Shown piece by piece: positions 26,985-34,361 of a stretch of 35,432 nt of DNA. Within the stretch, counting starts at the first letter, position 1; each line of letters begins with the position of its first letter. Position numbers and translations under genes: made by a program. The notes under the pieces are model-generated. The model saw only the letters and a list, made by a program, of their open reading frames with translations, was not told where the DNA came from and did no database searches. This DNA comes from a virus. Taxonomy: Duplodnaviria; Heunggongvirae; Uroviricota; Caudoviricetes. The DNA lies in IMG/VR virus record IMGVR_UViG_2737471826_000010, positions 1-35,432 of that record. One strand, given 5' to 3'.

Positions 26985-27144
26985 AACGAATGCCACCGCC
27001 GCCTGGGCGGGAATCCGCAGAACGCCCACCGCAGCGGGAGCCGTCAGCAGCAGTGTCGCTGTCGTGCTGACAACGACCAGCAAAGGCCTGAGTTGAAGCT
27101 ACCAGAGACAATAAAACGAACAGTGCAGCAAATGCTTTTTTCAT
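26983..27144 (-). CDS. small secreted peptide (53 aa)
   Basis: Internal ATG at 27144 gives MKKAFAALFVLLSLVASTQAFA signal peptide followed by a 31-aa Gly/Arg-rich mature region with two Cys; weak RBS. Confidence 0.3.
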   Translation of the reverse strand: MKKAFAALFVLLSLVASTQAFAGRCQHDSDTAADGSRCGGRSADSRPGGGGIR

Positions 27145-27225
27145 TGTGAAATTTCCATCTATAAGCCACCTCAATGTGGCGTCAATGAGTGTAGCACTGA
27201 CTTTTGTTTCGTCCATAAAAAACTA

Positions 27226-27738
27226 CTATGCAGGCTTTTTGGATTTGTACGAATAATCCCACGGATAAACATTTCTACTAAGTGGAGCTGTATTCGTTCG
27301 TTCATGAAATAATTTTGTGAAATTCAATACGGAATCCATCCAAACTTTTGCGTTAGCTTTGGTGTGTGCGGGCGGGTCCCAATAAGCTAGTAAGGCTGCA
27401 TCTCTTATTTCATTGACTGCATATATGAGATATGCGTTACTGGTTGGTTTTGGCCTGTAATTTCCTTGTTCATCAATCAATCCGTATGACCACTCATCCC
27501 AACACTGTTCAGTACATGAGTATGAATATGATGCATATTCACCAATATTGACATGAACCTTTCTGAGATGGAAACCTAATACTTCGTCTGGTCTTTCAAA
27601 AAGAGTATCTTTTCCCAGATCAGGATGATGACCATGACGCCAGTGTTGTTTAAAAGCATCTTTTAGCGAAATCAGAAAGTCATCAGTTTTAAACTCACCA
27701 GTAGGTATAACCTTCCCGCTATACTCACTCAAAAACAT
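27226..27738 (-). CDS. YafO-like toxin (putative ribosome-dependent mRNA interferase)
   Basis: 170 aa; PDLGKDTLFE, FHLRKVHVNIG and AYLIYAV...ALLAYWDPPAHTKA align with remembered E. coli YafO blocks (PDTFGRDALYD, ERVAHIHLANE, AHLVYCQ...WLLIAILKPEPHKLA); strong RBS AAGGAAGAGGAA; AT-rich. Confidence 0.45.
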   Translation of the reverse strand: MFLSEYSGKVIPTGEFKTDDFLISLKDAFKQHWRHGHHPDLGKDTLFERPDEVLGFHLRKVHVNIGEYASYSYSCTEQCWDEWSYGLIDEQGNYRPKPTSNAYLIYAVNEIRDAALLAYWDPPAHTKANAKVWMDSVLNFTKLFHERTNTAPLSRNVYPWDYSYKSKKPA

Positions 27739-28051
27739 CGAATTCCTCTTCCTTCATATGCGTTTCTAATGAGTTAAGCTGGCGGAAAGATATCTCTTTT
27801 GATTCTGCAGATGAGAGCTTTTTTATCCGCTTTATATTCTTTGTGATAGGAATAGACATTGTATGCACATCAGCGGATGCTCTTGGCTTTGTGCTGATAA
27901 AAATATGGCGCAATGCCGCATTTTCACTATTGAACGAGCCAATAGCTGATTTACGTGCTACAACCTTACCAGTAAAAATACGACTCTTGCTACGCTTTGC
28001 ATGAGTTCCGCTTCTTACCGGACCTCTCATCACGAATCCAAGTTTTGTCAT
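27725..28051 (-). CDS. putative antitoxin/partner of the YafO-like toxin
   Basis: 108 aa, basic N-terminus, acidic C-terminus EEEFDVFE; GGAGA RBS; overlaps the toxin gene by 14 nt; not obviously YafN/Phd-like. Confidence 0.4.
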   Translation of the reverse strand: MTKLGFVMRGPVRSGTHAKRSKSRIFTGKVVARKSAIGSFNSENAALRHIFISTKPRASADVHTMSIPITKNIKRIKKLSSAESKEISFRQLNSLETHMKEEEFDVFE

Positions 28052-28093
28052 CTTTAATCTCCGGTAAGTTACAGGTATAAAATAAAAACAGGT

Positions 28094-28108
28094 TTACCTT
28101 TAAGGTAA
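28094..28108. promoter_or_regulatory. operator site TTACC-TTTAA-GGTAA upstream of toxin-antitoxin-like operon
   Basis: Perfect palindrome copy 43 bp upstream of start codon at 28051. Confidence 0.55.
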
Positions 28109-28180
28109 TAGTACGCTATTCACCCCCAGTCTGCAATCTGTACAGAATTATTTAAAGGCACATCCCTGTGCCGCCGCCAG

Positions 28181-28891
28181 TCAGAAGAACCCTGCCTTGT
28201 CGTTGATGTATTCCGCGTGTGTCTGGATATCACGCAGGCATTTGCTCACACCGACGATGTAGCAGAACATGGTGGTCAGTTCCGCCGCCGCGCCCGATAC
28301 GTCGTGCCCGTCGTCCTGTAACTGGTTCAGCAGATTCATCAGCAGTGAGTTCTCCGTCAGGCCGAGAACACCAGACGGCGAGTGAATCAGGCTGCGGTAG
28401 CCGGGCTTCAGTGGGGCGCTGTAGGTTTTGTTCTCTATCTTCATTGCCTGCATCACTGCTGATGCTGTGGCGTTGGCTACCTGGTCGGCAACCATCTTTA
28501 TGCGTTCTTCCTGCGGGAGCGAGTTTTTAATGTAACTTCCGGTGCGGCGGATCTGAGGAAGTACTTCGCCTGTAACCCATTTGCGAAAGCGGTAGGGGAT
28601 AGTGCCTGGTGTCACCGCATCGCGGCAGCGGAGGATCAGTGTGTAGAGGCCTGACTCGGAGATGATGTTGATCTCTTTTACTCGGCTGTCAAAAATTGCA
28701 CGATGTTCATGCCCTATGTTGAACATAGACCTTTCATCATCATCCAGTTTTTCAAGTGCTTGGGTGACGTTTTGGATACGCAGCGCACTACAAACGTCTT
28801 GGGCTACAAACCATGGTTGGCCATCGATAATGATGGAACGGATAGGGTTAACAGATTCAAATTTGAAGATGGCAGTTTGAGCATTAGCCAT
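28181..28891 (-). CDS. antirepressor with Bro-N domain
   Basis: N-terminal WFVAQDVCSAL...SGLYTLILRCRD...FRKWVTGEVLPQIRRTG is a Bro-N-type signature; start set to ATG 28891 with GGAGA RBS; C-terminal domain paralogous to gene 29207..29464. Confidence 0.65.
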   Translation of the reverse strand: MANAQTAIFKFESVNPIRSIIIDGQPWFVAQDVCSALRIQNVTQALEKLDDDERSMFNIGHEHRAIFDSRVKEINIISESGLYTLILRCRDAVTPGTIPYRFRKWVTGEVLPQIRRTGSYIKNSLPQEERIKMVADQVANATASAVMQAMKIENKTYSAPLKPGYRSLIHSPSGVLGLTENSLLMNLLNQLQDDGHDVSGAAAELTTMFCYIVGVSKCLRDIQTHAEYINDKAGFF

Positions 28892-29048
28892 GGTGGTTAT
28901 CTCCACTTAGTGATTTTAATCACCACCGCAACGCCAATTACTGGTGGTGAACTGGACAAGGTTGGCGTACCGGCCTAAGTGGTACCGGCGTCCTTTCGGA
29001 CCCCTGCCCAGCCCACCATAATTCGGATATAGCTGTGCTTAACGCATA

Positions 29049-29071
29049 AAAAAACCACGTCTGGCGTGGTA
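29049..29071 (-). terminator. rho-independent terminator between the two antirepressor genes
   Basis: Stem ACCACG/CGTGGT, loop TCTGG, minus-strand T7 tract. Confidence 0.6.
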
Positions 29072-29160
29072 TGCGCCACTTAGTAACCCGGGACGCCAAT
29101 CCCGGCACTGGATTTTGCCAGTGCCTGATTACTATGGCACAAGAGGAGTGCGATGTAAAT

Positions 29161-29175
29161 TTACCGCAAAGGTAA
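29161..29175. promoter_or_regulatory. operator site TTACC-GCAAA-GGTAA
   Basis: Perfect palindrome copy between the small and large antirepressor genes. Confidence 0.55.
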
Positions 29176-29206
29176 ATATAAGCACTCCACTTGGTAATTG
29201 CAAACC

Positions 29207-29464
29207 TTATCTGGTTTGTTTTCGTAATTGTTCGGCACAATAGTCGAGATGTGTTTGCAGATCCTGCATAGACATCTGTGAGCTGGTGACGTAGTTAATC
29301 AGTGCAGTCAGTTCGGCAAGTGGGCCATCGACATTAAATCCATCCTTATCGAGATCCCGGAGTAATTTCATCAAGTGCGATCCCTCCACCAGTGACCTGA
29401 CGCCTCCCGGCGTGTGAATCCTTTCGGTAAATCCGTCTTCCAGTGGATAGTGATACCGCTGCAT
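29207..29464 (-). CDS. small antirepressor-domain protein (paralog of Ant C-terminal domain), candidate SOS-induced antirepressor
   Basis: 85 aa from ATG 29464 (GGAGA RBS); IHTPGGVRSLVEGSHLMKLLRDLDKDGFNVDGPLAELT...LQTH aligns with Ant C-terminus IHSPSGVLGLTENSLLMNLLNQLQDDGHDVSGAAAELT...IQTH; LexA box 20 bp upstream. Confidence 0.55.
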   Translation of the reverse strand: MQRYHYPLEDGFTERIHTPGGVRSLVEGSHLMKLLRDLDKDGFNVDGPLAELTALINYVTSSQMSMQDLQTHLDYCAEQLRKQTR

Positions 29465-29483
29465 CTTATCTTCTCCATGCAAT

Positions 29484-29503
29484 AACTGTATAAATATACA
29501 GTA
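29484..29503. promoter_or_regulatory. LexA (SOS) box
   Basis: AACTGTATAAATATACAGTA matches consensus TACTGTATATATATACAGTA at 18 of 20 positions with intact CTGT-N8-ACAG. Confidence 0.7.
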
Positions 29504-29540
29504 TCAAATAATTTGTTTGCTATCCAGCACGTTTTGCAAA

Positions 29541-29555
29541 TTACCCGAAAGGTAA
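29541..29555. promoter_or_regulatory. operator site TTACC-CGAAA-GGTAA
   Basis: Perfect palindrome copy in the divergent region between small antirepressor gene and tailspike gene. Confidence 0.55.
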
Positions 29556-29659
29556 TATCTATTCGTATTTACAGTCTTTCTATCCATATGTGGTTTTTCA
29601 GGTAATAGAATAACCAGATATGCGGCGCAACGGGTGCTGCGACTATCTGGAGATTTAAC

Positions 29660-31849
29660 ATGACGGTCTCAACCGAAGTTGACCACAACGAATACACCGG
29701 TAACGGCGTTACGACATCATTTCCGTATACCTTCCGTATTTTCAAAAAAACCGACCTGGTTGTTCAGGTGTCTGACCTGAACGGGAACGTAACAGAATTG
29801 GTTCTGGATACCGGTTATAAGGTAACTGGAGCGGGCACTTATAGTGGCGGTGAAGTGGTTCTCCCGTCGCCGCTTGCTGCTGGCTGGCGAATTACGATAG
29901 AGCGTGTGCTTGATGTGGTGCAGGAGACTGATCTTCGCAATCAGGGAAAATTTTTCCCCGAAGTTCATGAAGATGCATTTGACTACCTGACGATGCTGAT
30001 CCAGCGATGTTTTGGGTGGTTCAGACGTGCATTGATGAAACCATCTTTGCTTGCAAAATATTACGATGCAAAGCAAAACAAAATTTCTAACCTTGCAGAT
30101 CCATCATTTGAGCAGGACGCTGTAAATAATCGCTCAATGCGTAATTATGTCGATGCTGCAATCGCCGGGGTTGTTGGTGGTTTTGGTTGGTTTATACCGT
30201 CAGGAAGCGAGGCAAGACAACGAACATTTCAAAGCAAAATGAGGGATATAATTTCTCCTTGTGATTACGAAGATAATATTTTTATGATTAAGGAGTTGAT
30301 ATCCAAAGGCAAAAATGCCGCTGTTTTTAACTCATATTATACTTTTGTTATTACTGTTGGCGAATGGGGTGATTACCCTACACTCAAAGATGCAATCATT
30401 GCAGCCCAGTCAATGAGACCTATGTGGGATGGTGGTAATGCTTTCTGCGAAATAAGAATTAAGACCGGGCATATTATCAACTATCAAATTGAATTCAGTT
30501 CAGGTGTTGATTTGTCTTGGATTAAAATAACATCAGAAGACTCAGTGGTTTTCTCTGACACTCGTTTGTTTACTAAAATCGTTAGAACGTATTACGAATA
30601 CAAGTATTTATTTTACATTTGCGATGCAGCAAAAAGTCCTGTATTTGCTATTCAGATCGAAGAAAATAGAGATGATAGCGATGTTTGTGCATTTATTGTA
30701 ACTCAAAAAGCTGAACTTAATTTCTATCCGTATTCAGGTGCTCGAAAGTTCTACGTTGGAATTCATGGTAGTTTTGGTGCAAAAATTAGTGCATATCATA
30801 CCGGATGTGCTCCTGATGAGGAAAGTGTTGCTGCATATATGCCAGAAGGGTATTACGTATGTGATTTTTCTTATAGCAGATACTCTTCCCTGCAACTGGT
30901 AAATAATGTCAAGGCATCAATGCCTGTAAGCAAGTTTGAACGGTGCACAGAGAGTACGGTTGCGTCAGTTAATTGTATTTATAATGTTAAAGCAGATTTT
31001 CAGGGGTCAAGTGCAAGCTATTGTTATATAGGATGGAATGTAAGAGATGGTTCAAATGTTAATATACGCGACCATAAAACTATACATTGCTCATATCGTG
31101 GATTAACCTGCATTCATACAGCATATGTTGATGCAAGACGACATGACGTTGAAGAAAGTGATGCAGAAACAAGTGGTAAAGTCCTTGAACCAAATATTGA
31201 AAAAGGTTTTTATGGATGTGCACTTGGTGTGCGTATTGATGGTGCGGGTTGCGTTGATGTTGCTGGTAATGATATGCGCAATTGTGGAACAGCCGTTAAT
31301 GCAGACACTGGTGCTGTTATTTCAGGAAAGGCTGTAGATATCTCAGGGGCTGAGCTGGGATTTGATTGCCATGCAGGAGCATCTGTTAATTTTCCAAGGC
31401 TATGGGGTACAGATATAAAAAAATTAATGCACCTCCAAGATGGTGTAAGGTTTAACTCTAATATTTGTCATGTATTTGGTGCAAATCCCACAAAAGATAT
31501 TAGATGGATTGATGTAGAGAGATCTGAAGCTTCTTTTATGAATGCAACGCTGGATGCAGATTCAGGATTTATTGCCGACTGTGGTAGTAGGATAACCATT
31601 GAAGGAAGTAAAGTTAAAAACCAAACAATAAGAAGTTTTTTTGGATCATATGTGGCTATAAATAATACTGTTGCTGACAGAACTTATTCAGATATAGCCG
31701 ATGTTCCGCAGTTGACTATTAGTGGAGGATCTTTTATTTCTGCTACAGGATATTCTAATTCTGACTCCAGCCCTCTGAGGTTGAGCACAACACGAAATAC
31801 ACTTGGCGTTGGAGGAGCCATATTTTCAACCAATGGGGAAGTTTCATGA
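29660..31849 (+). CDS. tailspike / tail fiber with T7-type N-terminal adaptor and divergent receptor-binding domain
   Basis: N-terminus EYTGNGVTTSFPYTFRIF...GWRITIERV resembles podovirus tail-fiber head-binding domain; C-terminal ~550 aa Cys/Gly/Asn-rich; DNA becomes AT-rich after ~30200. Confidence 0.7.
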   Translation: MTVSTEVDHNEYTGNGVTTSFPYTFRIFKKTDLVVQVSDLNGNVTELVLDTGYKVTGAGTYSGGEVVLPSPLAAGWRITIERVLDVVQETDLRNQGKFFPEVHEDAFDYLTMLIQRCFGWFRRALMKPSLLAKYYDAKQNKISNLADPSFEQDAVNNRSMRNYVDAAIAGVVGGFGWFIPSGSEARQRTFQSKMRDIISPCDYEDNIFMIKELISKGKNAAVFNSYYTFVITVGEWGDYPTLKDAIIAAQSMRPMWDGGNAFCEIRIKTGHIINYQIEFSSGVDLSWIKITSEDSVVFSDTRLFTKIVRTYYEYKYLFYICDAAKSPVFAIQIEENRDDSDVCAFIVTQKAELNFYPYSGARKFYVGIHGSFGAKISAYHTGCAPDEESVAAYMPEGYYVCDFSYSRYSSLQLVNNVKASMPVSKFERCTESTVASVNCIYNVKADFQGSSASYCYIGWNVRDGSNVNIRDHKTIHCSYRGLTCIHTAYVDARRHDVEESDAETSGKVLEPNIEKGFYGCALGVRIDGAGCVDVAGNDMRNCGTAVNADTGAVISGKAVDISGAELGFDCHAGASVNFPRLWGTDIKKLMHLQDGVRFNSNICHVFGANPTKDIRWIDVERSEASFMNATLDADSGFIADCGSRITIEGSKVKNQTIRSFFGSYVAINNTVADRTYSDIADVPQLTISGGSFISATGYSNSDSSPLRLSTTRNTLGVGGAIFSTNGEVS

Positions 31850-32142
31850 TTAAGAGCATTGATGTCACTCCATTTCTTCACTCGCTTTGCGCTTTTGTGG
31901 CTCAGGTACTGGTTGGTATTTTTACCGGAAACTGGGCTTACGGTGCGATAGCCGGTTGTACGTTCTTCATTGCGCGTGAACACACCCAGGCAGAATATCG
32001 CTGGATAGAAAAGTTTGGGAAAGGGAAACGTATCAACATGCCGTGGTGGGGAGGTTTTGATCCACGCGTGTGGGATGTGGGAAGTCTGTTGGATTTTGCT
32101 GTTCCTGTTGTTTTTTGTTTTTGTGTTTATTTCTCTATTTGA
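31846..32142 (+). CDS. small membrane protein (98 aa), function unknown
   Basis: Two or more hydrophobic segments; ATGA overlap with tailspike stop. Confidence 0.45.
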   Translation: MIKSIDVTPFLHSLCAFVAQVLVGIFTGNWAYGAIAGCTFFIAREHTQAEYRWIEKFGKGKRINMPWWGGFDPRVWDVGSLLDFAVPVVFCFCVYFSI

Positions 32143-32344
32143 CTGCTACCGCGCCATTAAATGGTGCGGTATTCAACCTGCTCTTCACTGTTTGTTTCTT
32201 CAGAGTCATGTAAAAGGTGAGCTTTATTCTCGGCATGAAAAACAGGGAATTGACGATGTTAAAGTAACAAAAAACCATAAATGGTTTATTATGCGTAATG
32301 CTTTACTGTTCAGGAGGTTGTTATGCATATAAACGGTGGAAAAC

Positions 32345-32749
32345 ATGTCAGCTCAACTAACCAGTGAAACTTTAAATCAGTGGCTTAGCATGAGTTCTCT
32401 GGCGGCGGTGATAGCAGGAGTTCCTCCTGAGGTTGCTTTGGGTGCTTTGGCTGGAGCGGTAATTTTTGTTACCTCTGCAGTAGAGTACCCCATCCGTCGC
32501 CGGGTGCTCCTGTCGATGCTCAGCTTTCTTTGCGGCCTTCTCTTTTACAAACCAGCAGCATCAATTCTTATCGGCATAGCCAGCCTGATCCCTACCATCA
32601 CGCAGGACTCTTTTGAAAAAGGGATTGTTTTCTCTGCAGGCGCATTCGTGTCAGCAATTGTCGCTGTGCGTATTGGTATATGGCTCTATCACCGTTCCGA
32701 TAATCCACGCGAGTTAATTCCGGGGAGAAAAGACGATGGTAACGCATGA
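32345..32749 (+). CDS. holin-like membrane protein
   Basis: Multiple hydrophobic helices; directly upstream of endolysin; start set to ATG 32345. Confidence 0.4.
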   Translation: MSAQLTSETLNQWLSMSSLAAVIAGVPPEVALGALAGAVIFVTSAVEYPIRRRVLLSMLSFLCGLLFYKPAASILIGIASLIPTITQDSFEKGIVFSAGAFVSAIVAVRIGIWLYHRSDNPRELIPGRKDDGNA

Positions 32750-33044
32750 GTTTTTTTTGCTTATCACCAATGCAGTTATTTGCACTGGCATAGCAATTCG
32801 CGTTGTCACATTCCGGCGTAACGGCTCTCAACACCGAAGGTGGGGAGGATGGCTTGCTTATTTCCTGATTGTTGCTGCGGCCAGTATTCCTGTTCGTGTC
32901 GCCTATGCAATCTGGTTACGTACGCCAATGGCTGTGGATTTATCTGAGGTCATTATCAACGCTGTCATGCTAGCTGCGGTTATTAAAACGCGCGGTAACG
33001 TCGTTCAAATTTTCAAAGTATCGAGGTCTAAACATGGAGATTAA
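32736..33044 (+). CDS. holin/antiholin-like membrane protein
   Basis: 102 aa with hydrophobic helices; overlaps previous gene and endolysin start. Confidence 0.4.
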   Translation: MVTHEFFLLITNAVICTGIAIRVVTFRRNGSQHRRWGGWLAYFLIVAAASIPVRVAYAIWLRTPMAVDLSEVIINAVMLAAVIKTRGNVVQIFKVSRSKHGD

Positions 33045-33663
33045 ACAATTCCAGCGAGCTGCTGGTATCAGCGAGGCACTGGCCGCACGCTGGTTCTCGC
33101 ATATAACTTCTGCGATGAAAGAGTTTGGTATCAGCAAACCAGAAGATCAGGCTATGTTTATTGCTCAGGTCGGGCATGAGTCTGGAGGCTTCACCCGGTT
33201 GCAGGAGAATTTCAACTACAGCGTCAGCGGACTGGCTAACTTTGTTCGGGCTGGGCGTCTCACTCAGGGACAGGCCAACGCATTGGGGCGACGTGCAGGC
33301 GAACCACCATTGCCACTTGAGCGCCAGAGAGCGATTGCCAATCTGGTGTACAGCAAACGCATGGGGAACAATGCCCCTGGTGATGGCTGGAACTACCGTG
33401 GGCGCGGGCTTATCCAGGTTACCGGTTTGAATAACTATCGTGACTGTGGAAACGGTCTTAAGGTTGACCTGCTGGAGAGTCCTGAACTGCTGGCGCAGGA
33501 CGAATACGCGGCTCGTAGCGCGGCGTGGTTCTTTGCCAGCAAAGGATGCATGAAGTATACCGGCGATATTGCACGTGTAACTCTGATTATCAATGGTGGC
33601 CGGAACGGCATCGACGACCGGCGCGCGCGATACATCAATGCCAGTAAGGTGCTGGCGGTATGA
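33034..33663 (+). CDS. endolysin, glycoside hydrolase family 19 type
   Basis: [12 protein letters not shown] and [15 protein letters not shown] motifs characteristic of GH19 lysozymes. Confidence 0.8.
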   Translation: MEIKQFQRAAGISEALAARWFSHITSAMKEFGISKPEDQAMFIAQVGHESGGFTRLQENFNYSVSGLANFVRAGRLTQGQANALGRRAGEPPLPLERQRAIANLVYSKRMGNNAPGDGWNYRGRGLIQVTGLNNYRDCGNGLKVDLLESPELLAQDEYAARSAAWFFASKGCMKYTGDIARVTLIINGGRNGIDDRRARYINASKVLAV

Positions 33664-34142
33664 TCTGGGCATTCGTAAAAGCATACCGGAAACAGTTGAT
33701 TATCATGGCGGTGCTTGCTGTTCTGGTCATATCAGGAGTTGTTGCCTGGAGTGTACACGGCAGTCGTCAGTACGACGCCGGGTATGCGCAGGCGAAAGAA
33801 GACCGCAAAACCGAAGATGAGAGAATTCGTCAGCACTACGAACAGGAGAAAGCGATCAATGAACGTGAAGCGCAGCAGAGGATCGACCAGGCGCGCAATG
33901 ATGCTCTTGATGCTGCCGCTCGCGCTGGCCGGTTGCAGCAACAGCTCGTTGCCATCCGTGAGCAGCTCAGGCAGTATAACGCCATTGTCGGCGCTGGGAC
34001 GTCAGCCGCAGACACCGGAGTTTTGCTTGCCGACGTGCTCAGTAAATCTCTCGAGAGAAACAGACAACTGGCAGAGTATGCTGACCGGGCAGCCGAAGCC
34101 GGAAGAGTCTGTGAAAAACAGTACGACACCCTGACCAGATAG
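33660..34142 (+). CDS. Rz: i-spanin (Rz-like)
   Basis: N-terminal transmembrane segment then coiled-coil periplasmic domain; follows endolysin with ATGA overlap; contains embedded +1-frame lipoprotein ORF. Confidence 0.7.
   Translation: MIWAFVKAYRKQLIIMAVLAVLVISGVVAWSVHGSRQYDAGYAQAKEDRKTEDERIRQHYEQEKAINEREAQQRIDQARNDALDAAARAGRLQQQLVAIREQLRQYNAIVGAGTSAADTGVLLADVLSKSLERNRQLAEYADRAAEAGRVCEKQYDTLTR
33859..34134 (+). CDS. Rz1: o-spanin (Rz1-like), embedded in Rz
   Basis: +1-frame ORF entirely within Rz; [26 protein letters not shown] lipoprotein signal (lipobox LAGC), Pro-rich mature region. Confidence 0.6.
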   Translation: MNVKRSRGSTRRAMMLLMLPLALAGCSNSSLPSVSSSGSITPLSALGRQPQTPEFCLPTCSVNLSRETDNWQSMLTGQPKPEESVKNSTTP

Positions 34143-34293
34143 CATGGCATTTTTCATGGTACTGATTTCCGGTGACGGTATATAAAACGGTACGATAAAA
34201 ATTGAGATTTGGAAAAATGTTATCACTCAATTGGTTATGGTTATCGTAAATAATTGAGTGGGAATGATTTTGATCCCTGCACTATGAATGAAC

Positions 34294-34321
34294 AAAACCC
34301 TCTGTTACTACAGAGGGTTTT
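34294..34321. terminator. bidirectional rho-independent terminator at prophage right end
   Basis: Stem CCCTCTG/CAGAGGG, loop TTACTA, flanked by AAAA upstream and TTTTTT downstream, between convergent units. Confidence 0.6.
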
Positions 34322-34361
34322 TTATCTTCAAGAATTATAGGCTTGAAGTTACTTACATCGA

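Noticed and set aside
32015-32332. ORF 32015..32332 (105 aa)
   Set aside because: Alternate-frame read of the end of the membrane-protein gene and the following intergenic region; Cys/Phe/Leu-rich and no RBS.
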